This document shows positions 38,143 to 50,842 of a stretch of DNA of 64,000 nt, one piece after another. Position numbers and translations under genes: made by a program. Source of the stretch: Basidiobolus meristosporus CBS 931.73 (taxonomy: Eukaryota > Fungi > Basidiobolomycota); contig MCFE01000077.1 in assembly GCA_002104905.1 (NCBI GenBank), positions 62,001 to 126,000 of the forward strand, given 5' to 3'. The notes below the pieces were generated by a model that saw only the letters and a list, made by a program, of their open reading frames with translations, was not told the DNA's origin and ran no database searches. Within the stretch, counting starts at the first letter, position 1; every line of letters begins with the position of its first letter.

Positions 38143-41100
38143 CTCCCACTCAGCTAAATGCTCATACTGACTAGTCCTAATTTTGACCTAAGATATTCAA
38201 ACTTGTCTCTAGCTAATGGTTTGGTAAATGTGTCTGCAATCATTTCATCGGTAAGACAGTAAACTAAGCTAACTAAGTTATTCTCTATAGCTTCATGTAT
38301 GAAATGATATCTAATATCTATGTGCTTGGTTCTAGCATGAAAAGTTGGATTTCTACCTAATTGTATACATCGTTGATTATCTTGAAATAAAGTAATAGGC
38401 ATTTTTTGACATAGGCCTAAATCTGTAAACTGCTTTCTTAACCATATTGCTTCTTTTGTAGCTTCACAGGCTACCATATACTCTGCCTCTGTGGTGGAAA
38501 GTGCTACAGTTGGTTGCTTTCTTGAATTCCATGATATTGCTCCTTTACAGTAAAGAAAGGTGTATCCTGTGGTGGATCTTCTGTCTTCTAAATTTTGTCC
38601 CCATCAGCATCAGAGTATCCCACAAGATCCTGTTCAGAATTCTTATAAGTGTATCTTAAGCAGATATCAGCAGTTCCATTTAGGTATCTAAAAATCCGCT
38701 TAACTGTTGCAATATGATCAGATCCATAGTTCTGATTATGTTGGCTGACAACTCCCACTGAATATGAGATGTCTGGACGTGTTCCAAGCATGATATACAT
38801 CAGACTGCCAACTACAGATTGATAAGGAAAGTCAGGGCTTTCAGATGGCACCAAGCTCTCTTGATTTGGTTGAGTTTTGACCAAGTTAAGGTTTGTCTCC
38901 ATTGGGGTAGCTGCCGGTTTACAGTCTTCCATTTTGTACTTCTTTAGTATATCTTGCATATACTTGGATTGACTTAGGGTGATAGTCTGGGTACCTCTGT
39001 CTATGGAGAACTTAATCCCTAAGTAGTAACTAAGTTCTCCTAGATTGGACATCTTGAACTACTTAGATAGGCTGGATTTAGTCTCCTCCAATGTTTCTAG
39101 GTTATTGGCAGCTATAATAAGATCATCCACATATATAGCTAATAGAGCTGGATTTGCTCTATCTGGCTTATAGTATATACTATAGTCAGCACTACTTCTT
39201 TTGAAGCTCAAAGATTCCAAATAAGAATCTATCTTGCAATTCCAGGCTCTTGGTATCTGTTTGAGACCATATAGAGATTTTTTAAGCTTGCAGACCAAAT
39301 GGGGGTTATCTAGGTCAACAAACCCATCAGGCTGGTCCATATACACGTCCTCATCAAGTTCTCCATTCAAAAATGCAGTTTTTACATCCATTTGATGAAT
39401 AAAAAACTTATATTTGGCTGCAATAGCCAACATTAGTCTGATGGAATTAAACTTGGCTACTGGTGCAAAGGTCTCAGTATAGTCAAGTCCTTTTGTTTGA
39501 GAGTGTCCTTTGGCTACAAGTCTTGCTTTGTATCTTTCAATTGTACCATCAGCCTTGTATTTTGTCTTGAAGACCCATCTGCATCCAATTGATTTTTGGT
39601 TGATTGGTAATTTGACTAAGTCCCAAGTTTGATTTTCCATCAGGGCCTGATATTCCTCAGTCATTGCAGATCTCCAAAACTTTGTCTGAGGGCTATTTAG
39701 GACCTCTTTTACAGTCTGGGGTTCATCAATATGGACTGAATAGGCATAGGCTAAGTTTGTACCCTCATTGATATAGTAATTTGGGCTATTTCTTGTCCAA
39801 TTGGATCTCTGGGTATTTGATACTAGAATGATCACTTCTGGGATATTGCTGGGCACTGATTCTGGCTGAACCATGGTTGTAGAGTCCTCTGGAGTGAAAA
39901 AATTTTCATTGTTTTGCTCTGATTTAATCCTGACAATTGGTGGACTTGAGATCAAATTTTTGTCATCATCTGATGTCATTTTTTGTGAAAATTTTGAATT
40001 TTCATCAAAAAATTCATCCCTGGACTTGATCAGCTTCTTTGCTTTGGTATTGTAGAGTCTGTATGCCTTACTCTCATTGCAGTAGCCCAAAAATATGCAT
40101 TTTACACTTTTTGGCTCAAATTTTGACTGATTTCCGGCCAGTTTTTTGGCATACGCTGTACACCCAAATATTCTTAGAGGTTCTGCACTTGGTCTGTATC
40201 CATACCATGCTTTAAATGGAGTAGAATCACAAAGTATTCTGTTATAACTCCTATTTCAAGATATTCAGCAGTGGCAACTAATTCCGCCCAAAAATCATAG
40301 GATAATTTTTGATCATGGATCATAGATGTTGCCATATCAATTATTGATCTGCTAGCTTGTTCTGCTACTCCATTTTGCTGTGGGGAGTATGGTACAGTAG
40401 TCTCTTGCTTTATCCCATGAATTTTGCAGAAGTGGATGAAGAGTTTTGAGGTATATTCTCCACCATTGTCAGAGCATATTTTCTTGATTTTTTCACCAGT
40501 TTCTCTCTCCACCATGGCTTTAAACTCCCTGAACTTAGACAGAGCTTCTTCCTTTCTCTCCATGAAGTAGACCCATGTGTATCTTGTATAATCATCAATA
40601 AAAGTGATTAAATACTTCATCCCGCCTAAGGATAAATTTTGCATAGGTCCACACAGATCTGAGTGAATTAGATCTAATTTTTTCTTAGTTTTGATTAACC
40701 CAGAGCTCTTGAACGGTTGTCTGGCTTGTTTCCATATATGCAGGCTTCACAGTGCTCCAAATTAGCTGGGGGTTCAATTTTCACTCCAGAAATTAGCTGA
40801 TCTTTGATCATTTTACACAAATAATCAAAATTGATGTGTCAAGATCTCCTGTGCCAAAGCATTGGTGTTTCTTCATTTATGTTACTTATAATGGCTTCCA
40901 AATATGATGGAATATAAGTCAACCTGTATAGATTCTGATCTCTGATGCCCAAAGCAATATGGGCACCATTTTGATCAGTGATCCTGCATCCAGAATTGTC
41001 AAAACTGAAACTGAGTCCTTCTGCTATGGCCTTGCTTACAGAGAGTAGGTTCTTGGCTATTTCTGGTACATAGAGTACTTCTTTAAAGGTCAGTGTATGG

Positions 41101-42474
41101 CTTCCTGCACTGCCTCTTAGGTTTACTTGGATAGTTCCTTCTCCCACTGCATCAAGTGCTCTGTTGTCACCCATGAAAACCTTCTTAATTGGAATTTCTT
41201 GATATTGGGTAAAAGTTCTTTTTGGTGTGTAAAGTGTTGAGAAGCTCCAGAGTCAATATACCATGTCTGAGAATCCTTGTTTGTGGTCATATTTAGTGCA
41301 GAAATGAATAGTCTATCTTCATTTGTTGCAGCATTTCCATATTCAGGCTTCTTTTGCTGATAATCTCTCTTTTTGAGACACCGGTTTGATGTGTGTCCTT
41401 TCCTTTTGCAGTAGTTGCAAGATAGGTTGCTGTTGCCTTTGTAGGGTCTTGGGTACCTCCTTTGTTGGTTATCATTGCTTATTAAAGCATTTTCTTCTTC
41501 CTTCTTATTGGCGCTTGATTTTCTTAATTCTTCATCCAGGAGCCTTCCATATATGTAATTTAAGGTCAAATCTTCAGTTCTGGACTCTAGGGCTGATACA
41601 AGGCCCTGAAACTTGTCAGTTAGGCTATTCAGGATGGTAACTATCACATCCTCATCAGTAGTTGGTACGCCCACAGATTCCATCTCATCTACCAGCAGGG
41701 TAATTCTGTTAATTAGATTTTTCATTTCTTCTCCTGGCAGCATCTTTGTAGTAAAGAATTTTTGTCTCAGATACATTTTCTTGGCAGCTGAACATGACTG
41801 GTAGGTGTCTTCTAATGCCTTCCAGGCATTCTTTGCCGTTTTTGCTCTTGAGCATTGAATTAGCAATTTGTCCTTGACATTAAGGCAAATGCAGTTAAAG
41901 GCACTTTGTTCTTTCTTCTGGTACTTTAAGGCTTCCTCTCCCACATTTTTAGGAGGGCATTCTTCTCCCATGACAATATCCCAAAGGCCTCTTTCTTGTA
42001 GCAGCATCTTCATCTTCACCTTCCACACTTGATAGTTAGATCCATCCAACTTTTCAGCAGAGGGAAAAATTCCAGTAATAGCAGTGATAGACATTGCAGA
42101 GAGTGACAGCTTGGGGCTCATAACCTGTTGTAAGAGTCTTGGAGATATTGGAAGTGATTGGGAGAACAAGTAGATAATGTGGTTTTCACTTATTGATTTA
42201 TTGAATGTAAAAGTAGTATTTATACTTATACCTGGTCTAGGCATTACAAACACATAGAATGGGTTAAGGAAGGTGCCAAGAACATGTGTGCAAAGTTTGG
42301 AGCTGTTTGGACAACTTATCAAATTTTCATGTTCTGGGTACCTGGTATTTTGGTGAAAATATTCTAAGTAAATCCCAACAAGGAATTTGGTCAGTATTCT
42401 CTAGGATTTGAAGGTGATGATCTAAGTGACTGAGTTAGGTGAATATTTAGGTGGAAATACAAATTTTTACAACA
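37794..42474 (-). mobile_element. Copia element C (4681 bp), sharing its 3' LTR with the 5' LTR of B
   Basis: LTRs at 37794-38142 and 42126-42474. The middle LTR has a PBS on one side and a PPT on the other. Several frameshifts. Confidence 0.95.
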
Positions 42475-43286
42475 TATATGTGGACAATCTTATTATAGCC
42501 ACCAATAACCAAGAAATTTTAGAAGAGACTAAATCCAGCCTATCTAAGGAGTTCAAGATGTTCAATCTAGGAGAGCTCAGTTACTACTTAGGGATAAAGT
42601 TCCCCATAAACAGAAGTACCCAGACTGTCACCCTAAGCCAATCCAAGTATATTCAGGATATACTGAAGTAGTATCAAGTGGAAGACTGTTAACTGGCATC
42701 TACCCCAATGGAGACAAACCTTGACTTGGTCAAAACTCAACCAAATCATGGATTTTGAACAGGATCTTGTGGGATACTCTGATGCTGATGGGGGACAAAA
42801 TTTAGAAGACAGAAGATTCACCACAGGATACACCTTTCTTTATTGTCAAGGAGCAATTTCATGGAACTCAAGAAAGCAACCAACCATAGGCCTTTCTACC
42901 ACAGAGGCAGAGTAAATGACAGCCTGTGATGCTACAAAAGAAGCAATGTGGCTAAGAAAGCTGTTTTCAGATTTAGGCCTACTTTGAAAAATGCCTATTA
43001 CGTTATTTTAAGATAATCAAGGATGTATACAATTAGGTAGAAATCCAACTTTTCATGCTAGAACTAAGCACATAGATATTAGACATTATTTCATATGCAA
43101 ACCTATAGAATAGCTTAGTTAGCTTAGTTTACTCTCCTTCAGACAAAATGATTGCAGACATATTTACCAGACCATTAACTAGAAAAAGTATAAACACTAC
43201 TTTTACATTCAACAAATCATTAAGTGAAAGCCACATAATCTACTTGTCCTGCCAATAATTTCCAATATCTCCAAGACTCTTACAAC
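42475..43286 (+). pseudogene. Old Copia copy, piece 3 (RT YVD onward, RNase H) fused by deletion to the last ~100 bp of its LTR
   Basis: Begins TATATGTGGAC (YVD). GYSDAD...RFTTGY. LTR tail at 43184-43286. Confidence 0.85.
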
Positions 43287-43289
43287 TAG

Positions 43290-44580
43290 AATGTCATACA
43301 ATTCATGTCAAAAGACCACTTCAATACTGTCAAGTATTAAACTTCATTTGGCAGTAGATTCAGTATAATGCTGACACAATACTTACAAAAGAATATATAG
43401 GGTGCCAATAATTCCAAGCTGTCAGTACTATGACAGCCTCATTGCAGGATCCTGATGGTTGATCTGAATTGGATCCACCAGCTGGAGCAAATTATTTTTT
43501 GTAGAGAGTTTCCATTACTAGTTGTAAGCTGCCATACTGCTGTTATAGGGCCAACAGATGCCTGTATCAAGGCTGACAAAATACCATCCAGTCTTTTCCA
43601 TTGATGAAAATTGGATGTACTGGCGGGTTAGGTCTGCTCAAACAAGTATAGGCTGCTATAGAATTGTAAGAATGCTATCAAGATCCTGTCAGAGAACTGT
43701 ATTAACACTGTTAAGTTTGTTTACAAACTGAGTGTTGTAAGAATTTGTAATTCCACCTAAATATTCACCTAACTTAGTCACTTAGATCATTACCTTCAAA
43801 TCCTAGAGAATACTGACCAAAATCCCTGTTGGGACTTACTGGGAATATTTTCACCAAAATATCAGGTACCCAAAACATGAAAATTCTCAAAGTTGTCCAA
43901 ACAGCCCCAAACTTTGCAAACATGCTCTTGGGACCTTTCTAAACCTATTCTATGTGTCTCATATGCCAAGATCATGTAAAAGTATAAATACTACTTTTAC
44001 ATTCAAATGTTTATTAAGTGAAAACCACATAATCTACTTGTCCTCCTAATCACTTCCAATATCTCCAAGACTCTTACAACACTGAGAGGTAGCCCTAAAA
44101 CAAATAGTTTAGTCCCACAAGTGGATCCAATCCAGATCAACCATTAGGTTCCCACAAGGAGGCTGTCATAATGCCAGCAGCTTGGAATTGACACCCTCTA
44201 CACAATCTTATGATAGAATTTTAATGGCACTTTGCTGATTTTACTGCCAAATAAAGTTGAAACTTGACAGTGTCTAAGCGGTCTTTTGACAAAAGGTGCA
44301 TGGTATTGTAATGGTCTTCATGCACTCTACATGTATTTGAGCAGATCTAACCAGCCTATACATCCAGTTGCCTTATAGAGCAAGAGCTTGATGGTATTCT
44401 AGCAGCCTCATTGCAGTCCTCTTCTGGCATTATAATGGCAGTACAGTGGCCTACAGCTAGTTGTGTAAAGCATATTAGGTGTTAACTGATTCATTACCCA
44501 AGAGTAGTAGCTATTTCTATACCATGAATATATGTTAGGAGAATAAGCCCATTATACATGTTTCTTTAGATGGCCACCCA
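43290..44580. repeat. Two convergent fragments of the CACTA-like 3' region around a solo LTR
   Basis: 43290-43500 (+) matches 9260-9470. 44110-44560 is its reverse complement. Confidence 0.65.
43733..44081 (+). mobile_element. Copia solo LTR (349 bp)
   Basis: TG...CA ends and a perfect TSD CTGAG (43728-43732 / 44082-44086). Confidence 0.95.
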
Positions 44581-44591
44581 GATATAAGAGC

Positions 44592-44935
44592 TGTTGTAAG
44601 AGTCTTGGAGATATTGGAAGTGATTGGGAGAACAAGTAGATTATGTAGTTTTCACTTAATAAACAAATGAATGAAAGTAGTATATATACTTTTACATGAT
44701 ATTGGCATAACAAGCATGTAGAATAGGTTTAGAAAGGTCCTAAGAGCATGTGTGCAAAGTTTGGGGCTGTTTGAACTACTTATCAAATTTTCATGTGCTG
44801 GATACCTGATATTTTGGTGAAAATATTCCCAGTAAGTCCCAACAAGGATTTTGGTCAGTATTCTCTAGGATTTGGAGGTATTGATCTAAGTGACTAAGTT
44901 AGGTGAATATTTAGGTGGAATCACAAATTTCTACA
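44592..44935 (-). mobile_element. Copia solo LTR
   Basis: TSD AGAGC (44587-44591 / 44936-44940). The last 3 bp of one end are missing. Confidence 0.9.
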
Positions 44936-46566
44936 AGAGCAAGGTTTGTATTTTCTTGAACAATTATAAGGACCATATTATGGATATTTGATACTTGGGC
45001 AAGATATTCCAGGAAAAACACAAAAAAGAGATTGGGCAGAAAACAAAAACCATATTGACCGGCTAATTGCATATATTAAGTAGGAAGTCTACCATTGGAT
45101 AGATTCTTCTGTACCATAGCAGAGTGACTTATGGCAGCTCAAATAAATAATTGTAAGTGATACCTTGATGGAGCACATGTACTAGATACCACCAAGGAGA
45201 TGTGATTGTGAAAGAATTTGGAAGCAATAGCCAATATAAGATATGGGAATAATCAGAATAACACCCATTGACCAGCAACTGCAATATCTGACACAAGAGA
45301 TGGGTGATTCTATACAAAGTGTCATCCTATGGAAGCCATGGGGGAGTGTCATTTCCCTATGATATTGTTGAAGTGAGGAAGGGACCAGAGACAATTTTGC
45401 TTAGCCTTTGCCAAAAGCAAACCTTACAGAAATCGGATGAACATCCCAACTAACTTACATGAATGATTAGTGGAATGGGAGTGTTGCAGGAAACAACAAT
45501 GACCCCTATTTACTCTGATATATATATAAAGTATGACCTTGATGCTTCTCCAAGCCAATGAAAATCCACCAGGTACTTCCCCCCCCCTGCCCCATTAGAA
45601 TCTAGTGGTGGCGATTTATGCTAAACCTTGGGACAAACCTTGTAGGGTTAAGCAGTCAATCTGGTAAAGCTTGGACGAATCATCAGTTTGGGGAGTGTAT
45701 AGAAGATCATGAGGTTGGGGCCGAATTATGTGATATGGGATGGGCCCTAGAGAGGTGGACTTAGGGGCAGTGATTGATAATGCCTGTATTGGCAGGGACA
45801 CAGAAATGCCCCTGATCCCGACCAAACAATGAAATGGCTGACTGTTGGTTCAATCGGATTTGGCCACCGGTCTGGCCGTCCATCTGCTTTCCGCGACCAC
45901 TGGTTCAGGTTGGATGGTTCGGTAGTGACAGCGCCACGACGATCCAACGGTCAGAGTACAAGGTATGGATGAAAATCTCTTGTCAGGTATCCACTTGCAG
46001 TAGATCTCAGACCCTTGCAAGTGGAGTCAAGAATTCGCAATGTTATCCCGTCCTCAAGCACCCAAGACCTGTCGGCCAGCATATGGGGCTATGGTGTGGG
46101 AGCCGAATGGTCCGGATATCCGGGACCTCATCAACTTCACCATCCCCCAGCGCACTTGGAATATTCGCAGTGCAGGATGGGTGCCAATCCCAAGCATTGG
46201 TCATACATCACGATAAATGTCGCGAAACGAAATCCGGAGATCCGCCGTCCCCCACTAGCCACGATCTCCGGGGGATCCCACCCATATGCGGTAACAACAT
46301 CTCATGCGGTTTATTTATGAAACGAATCTTGGTTAGGGCCCAGATTTACATCAGGTTGAGGAAGTGATGTGGTCGTTCGATACCAAACAACCTCACATCC
46401 ATCGAGGGTGATAACTGGGTGGTGGTTAGGGATAGCCACGATAGGCTATGGCCAGGGAGGGGGCGAGCTCCTCCTTGGTGGGGCTATTTCCAATCTCTGT
46501 GTATTGTACTTCATATGCCACAGGGGTTCTCTTGTGAGAGATCAAGTCGACGGGCAGCCACACAGC

Positions 46567-48100
46567 TCATGCTGTGACGGCTACCCGCTCTGACGGAGTA
46601 TCGTTGGAATAGACAGGGACTGCCTCTTCCCTGGGAAGCTGGGGGAATACCTTGTTCATTAGCGACTCCATCTCCCGTTCGGTGGTCCTCACCATTGGCA
46701 CGCATTCGCCCAGGTTGCCCTTCTTGTCGAGGTACAGGTAGGACTCCGTGCCGTGACCTTCCATGGAAACTATCTCCAGATCACCGCCGAAGTAGCGGGA
46801 TATGATCCGGGTCATGGGCAGACCACGGATTTTTTCCGGATGGAGCAACGAGTTGTTCAGGTGACTCCAGATGTTCCCTACCTTGGACATGGGGATGCCG
46901 CCACCCAAATCGCTGACTCTAAAGCAAACATCCTCCTTGCCTTCGGTGATCCGAACTTGCAGAGTCGGCATGCTCCTGGGCGAAGCGCCAGTTGCCTTGG
47001 AATGCTCGATGACCGAACTGATGGAATGCTTCATCACCTGGAACAGGCTATCTGGGAGATAATTGTCCGCGGCCAGGACGGACAAGTCCGGATTCTTGGT
47101 GATCAGCTCCACTTTGGGGGAATCGCAACTGTAAGGAATGGGTCAGTTTGGGCCAGAAGACAAGTTCGATGAACGCGGCGCATTACCAATAGTACTGGCT
47201 ACACCAGTATCTGGCTCTCTCAATCGCCTGTTCGGCAGCGGCGTGTGGGGAGATCTCGTTGATTACTGGCTGGAATCCGTCTAGCTGATGGAGACTTTGT
47301 CCTACAAATCAACGAACCGTCAGCAGGGCCACTTTGGGAAGGATCCCTAGGATGCCGCTTACCAATCAAGAAGCCGGTGCCATAATTCAAGGACAAATAG
47401 TTCGTCAGGAAATGGTCCATTTGTTCTCGGATAAATGCCTGATCACGGTTACATCTCCGTTTCTGCTCTGACATCATATGATTTAAACAATCACGCAATG
47501 ATGTTAGGCTTTGTAACTGTCTGGATTGTAACACTCTTAGGGCCGAAGCGAATCGTGCTAGATGCTGGGGTTCGGCCGGGACAGCGAGAGAGGTGAGAGC
47601 ACTGCAAGCGCAACTGTGTGAGTGGTGGGAAGTCCAGAGAGTCCATCCTGTCGCTTGTTACCTGATATCTTCCAGCAGATCAAGAGTGATGTTCTGGATC
47701 TTGGCGTTTACTTGGGGGTCCATTGGCTCAAAGGGAAGGCGGGTGTTGAGCAACTTGATCTCTTGGCAAAGGCGTTTGGGGAGCTCTGAGTGAAGGAACT
47801 CCATAGGAGCAAGGAACTTCTCTTTCTCAGGTGCCTCAGTCACATCACTTAATCATCGTTAGTCGCTGGTTAGGCTACATAGTATGGGGAGAGTAAATAC
47901 CGGCAGAACAAAGAAAGCATTAATGAACTGGCAGGTGTTTGGCGCTCCATGGCGTACATCTGCTGCAACTGTGGCGTTGCAATATCGGTTATGATTTGGT
48001 GAACAGAGGAGCTGGACTACGGAACACTTACCGAAGTACGGCTCAAGGGAGCAGTTACCAATCGAGCAAAAACGTCCTTGTTCAATGCTCTCAAACACAT
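46567..48100 (-). CDS. Mitochondrial PDK/BCKDK-family (GHKL-fold) kinase-like protein, 412 aa, 6 exons
   Basis: Exons 48032-48100, 47901-47968, 47662-47847, 47363-47601, 47187-47301 and 46567-47128 splice in phase (1239 nt) through 53-63 nt GT-AG introns. Motifs FLHSELPKRL, SDLGGGIP, RYFGGDLEIVSMEGHGT. The N-terminus resembles a basic presequence. Confidence 0.85.
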
Positions 48101-49421
48101 GGTGGGGTTCATTTTAGGAGGAGGTGAAGGTAAACAAGCGAAGTTTGGAATTGTAAGGAAGCAATCTGAGTTTCATCAAGCCTCAAGACAGCTTGGCCTA
48201 TATATAGGGCAAACAGACGGTGTACCTATTGTAATATACCGATCCTATGAGATCCGGCATGTGCCAACCCCAAATGCGATCTCACACTTCCCACTTATTT
48301 GTAAACTGCAGCCATTCCCCTTTCCACCACCCCCCCTCTGTCTTGGAAGTGGTTTTGATTTACCCGGATCGACTGGCTCCAAGGGATATAACCTGCAGCC
48401 CAATTCCTCATCAAGTGTTGGATTAATAATGGAGCCATGCCGCCGGCTTCCATAGATTGGGGATCAATATGAAAGCGGCGGATAGGCGATAATGGCTTTC
48501 ACACGCTTCGGCAAAAATTCCATTGCAATGCAGTGGGATTTGATAGCTAGATCGCGATAGAAATTACTATAAACTGTTAGAGAAGCAAGTGCATTGTACC
48601 TTGCGCATATTTTAAACTATTACCATTAGAGGGTACTCGTTTGATTTTCCCTCCAGAATTCCCTTTAGAGGCAACCACCGAAGGTTGCTCTACTGAAGCA
48701 TTCGTGACACAGCGATGGACACGTAGGGAGACAGCTTACCGATCACGTAACCCACCCCGCAAGCCCTCCAGCGCAAGCAGACTTGATTGTTGTCTTCTCA
48801 ATGGAAGTATGGACAATGCATTTCTATTTCTACGAATAATTCACTACCGGTGCTTGCCTGGCTCATCCCACCAATGACTCACAGTGAGTGCAGTTGGTAT
48901 AACATTACGATCCTCTGCCATTGCAGTTGAATTACGTGGACTCGAGCAACCTGGTTGCGATGGCGAGCCCATGTTTTAAAATGCGATCAAAAGAAATATA
49001 CAGCCCGTGGGATCATGTGATGCCCAGCACTTTTCTACCTCATATAACCTATTTATGGCATATGCATTGGTTCATGGTCACGACACGTTGGAATAGCGAA
49101 AAGGAGTGCTTGCCGACAGAATACAGCTCTTCTCCCTAGCTGGCGGGACATAGGCACTGCCATTGTTTCGCAGCCTGTGTGCTATTATGACCCTTGATTA
49201 TCATGGGGGAAGAATTTTACTTGATACTTAAGAATCTCATTGTATGCTTGTATTACTCACTGACCAAGTAATTAGAACAACGTAAACAAATAAATCACAG
49301 ATAGAAGTGTGCTCAAGCTGCCATCAGATGCTGAAGAAGACAGATATTAAGAAACTACGAGTTTGTTCTTGTGCTCTCCGGCCTGCTGACTGCTTAGTGG
49401 GACTCTAACATCTAATTCCAC

Positions 49422-50842
49422 TTACTCCTCAACACCCGACGAAGACTCTTCGGTACGTTTCGAAGCTTCTTCATGAAAGGGCTCTTGGGGCGGCGCATTG
49501 TTTCCTAGGCTGTCTGCGGTGTCGGGATTGGGATAACGAGAACTGCTGGCAACCCTCTGAGCAATCCAGTCGAACCACTCTTCCTCGGACTTCCCGTTGA
49601 GGATTCCGATAATCATGATGGTCATGTTGTCGCAGCCAATGCCCCCAAGCTCACAGTTAGGTGCTAGGCATTTGTTCATTATATTCTCGCAGATTTGCTC
49701 GAGTGAGTTCTTGCCGGCAATCTCCAGACGAATGTAGTCTATCACTTCCTGAGAAGTCATGCAGTCCCAGATACCATCACAAGCGATGACGATGAACTCA
49801 TCCTCGCTCGTGATCGAATGCTCAGTGATGTCGGGGTCAGCTACATGCAATCTGGATTAGATCCGATGGGTGTGGCTGCAGAGACAACAACCCAAGGCTT
49901 ACCTGTGACCGCTTGCTCTTCAGCCGATAGCTTGCTGTTTTGTTTGAACTCAAAATCCCCGATAGCCCGGGACAAGGCTAGATTACCGTTGACACGTCCG
50001 AATTCCACAAATCCACCAGCATTGATGATACGCGCAGATTCCCCTAGGTGATACTTGGAATTAATTGCGACTGCGGCGATCCGGTCGGTCAACTACCACT
50101 TACCTTGATTGGTAGGTTTGTGATCAAATGACAATGCTTTGGCTTCTCCATTTATGCTCATGACAGCACGAGAATCACCGGCGTTACCCTACAAAGCAAT
50201 AAGCGTTTACTCGCTGAAGGGTGCACGTCGGGAGGTGGGAAACCATACCACATATATCTTGTTATCGGGGGAGATGGTAGCAGACACCGCCGTACATCCA
50301 GATGGATCATGCAGGAACTCTACATCTGGAACCGGTGTAAGTCACTATCGCTATCCGGAAGAGGCGGGACCATTACCTTTTCTTAGGTCCTCGTCGATGT
50401 CGAGATACCCGTGCTTTATCGCCAGCTTGTAATCCCCATTTTGGAATCCATTTTCTGCGATCTTTTTGTGCAGATTCTTTCCGCAGTACTTTGCCGCGCT
50501 TTGACCTTTGACGAAAGTTACAGCAAGTTAGCCTTTCGAGCTGGCCAACCGGGCTAAACAGGTTCATTAACGTACCACCATGGCCATCGAACACCGCAAA
50601 GAAGCTGACGTCAGGATGGGCATCGAGACTTAGCAAGCAAGAATGTGCATCTTCCATGGCTGGGTAACGGGAGGAAATAGAGTTAAAGGAAAATGGATCG
50701 AGCCACAGCCAATGCGCAAAAGAGCCACCAAAAGGATACTTATACGCCAACCCTGCATAGAAGAGGAGCCGTAGATGAATCTGGAGTTTCCTCCGCGGTC
50801 GGATTCTTTTCCGGTGATTGGTTCGGATAAGGTCTGTCCCAT
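49422..50842 (-). CDS. PTC2: Protein phosphatase 2C, Ptc2/Ptc3 type, 345 aa, 7 exons
   Basis: Exons 50740-50842, 50576-50659, 50377-50505, 50249-50325, 50104-50188, 49903-50043 and 49422-49840 are in phase (1038 nt). [57 protein letters not shown]. Confidence 0.95.

Larger units (their letters stand above)
1..45600. other. Nested transposon graveyard, CpG-depleted
   Basis: Nearly all sequence is assignable to repeated TE fragments. CG dinucleotides are rare while TG/CA are abundant. CG becomes common again after ~45.6-45.85 kb. Confidence 0.9.

Noticed and set aside
1-45600. Classical RIP as the cause of TE decay
   Set aside because: CA and TG remain abundant and several Copia ORFs stay long. 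The pattern fits CpG deamination better, although a few TG-to-TA changes exist.
46567-50842. PDK-like kinase next to a PP2C as a PDH kinase/phosphatase pair
   Set aside because: The PP2C is the cytosolic Ptc2/3 type (MGQTLS start, no presequence), not the mitochondrial PDH phosphatase type. The adjacency is probably chance.
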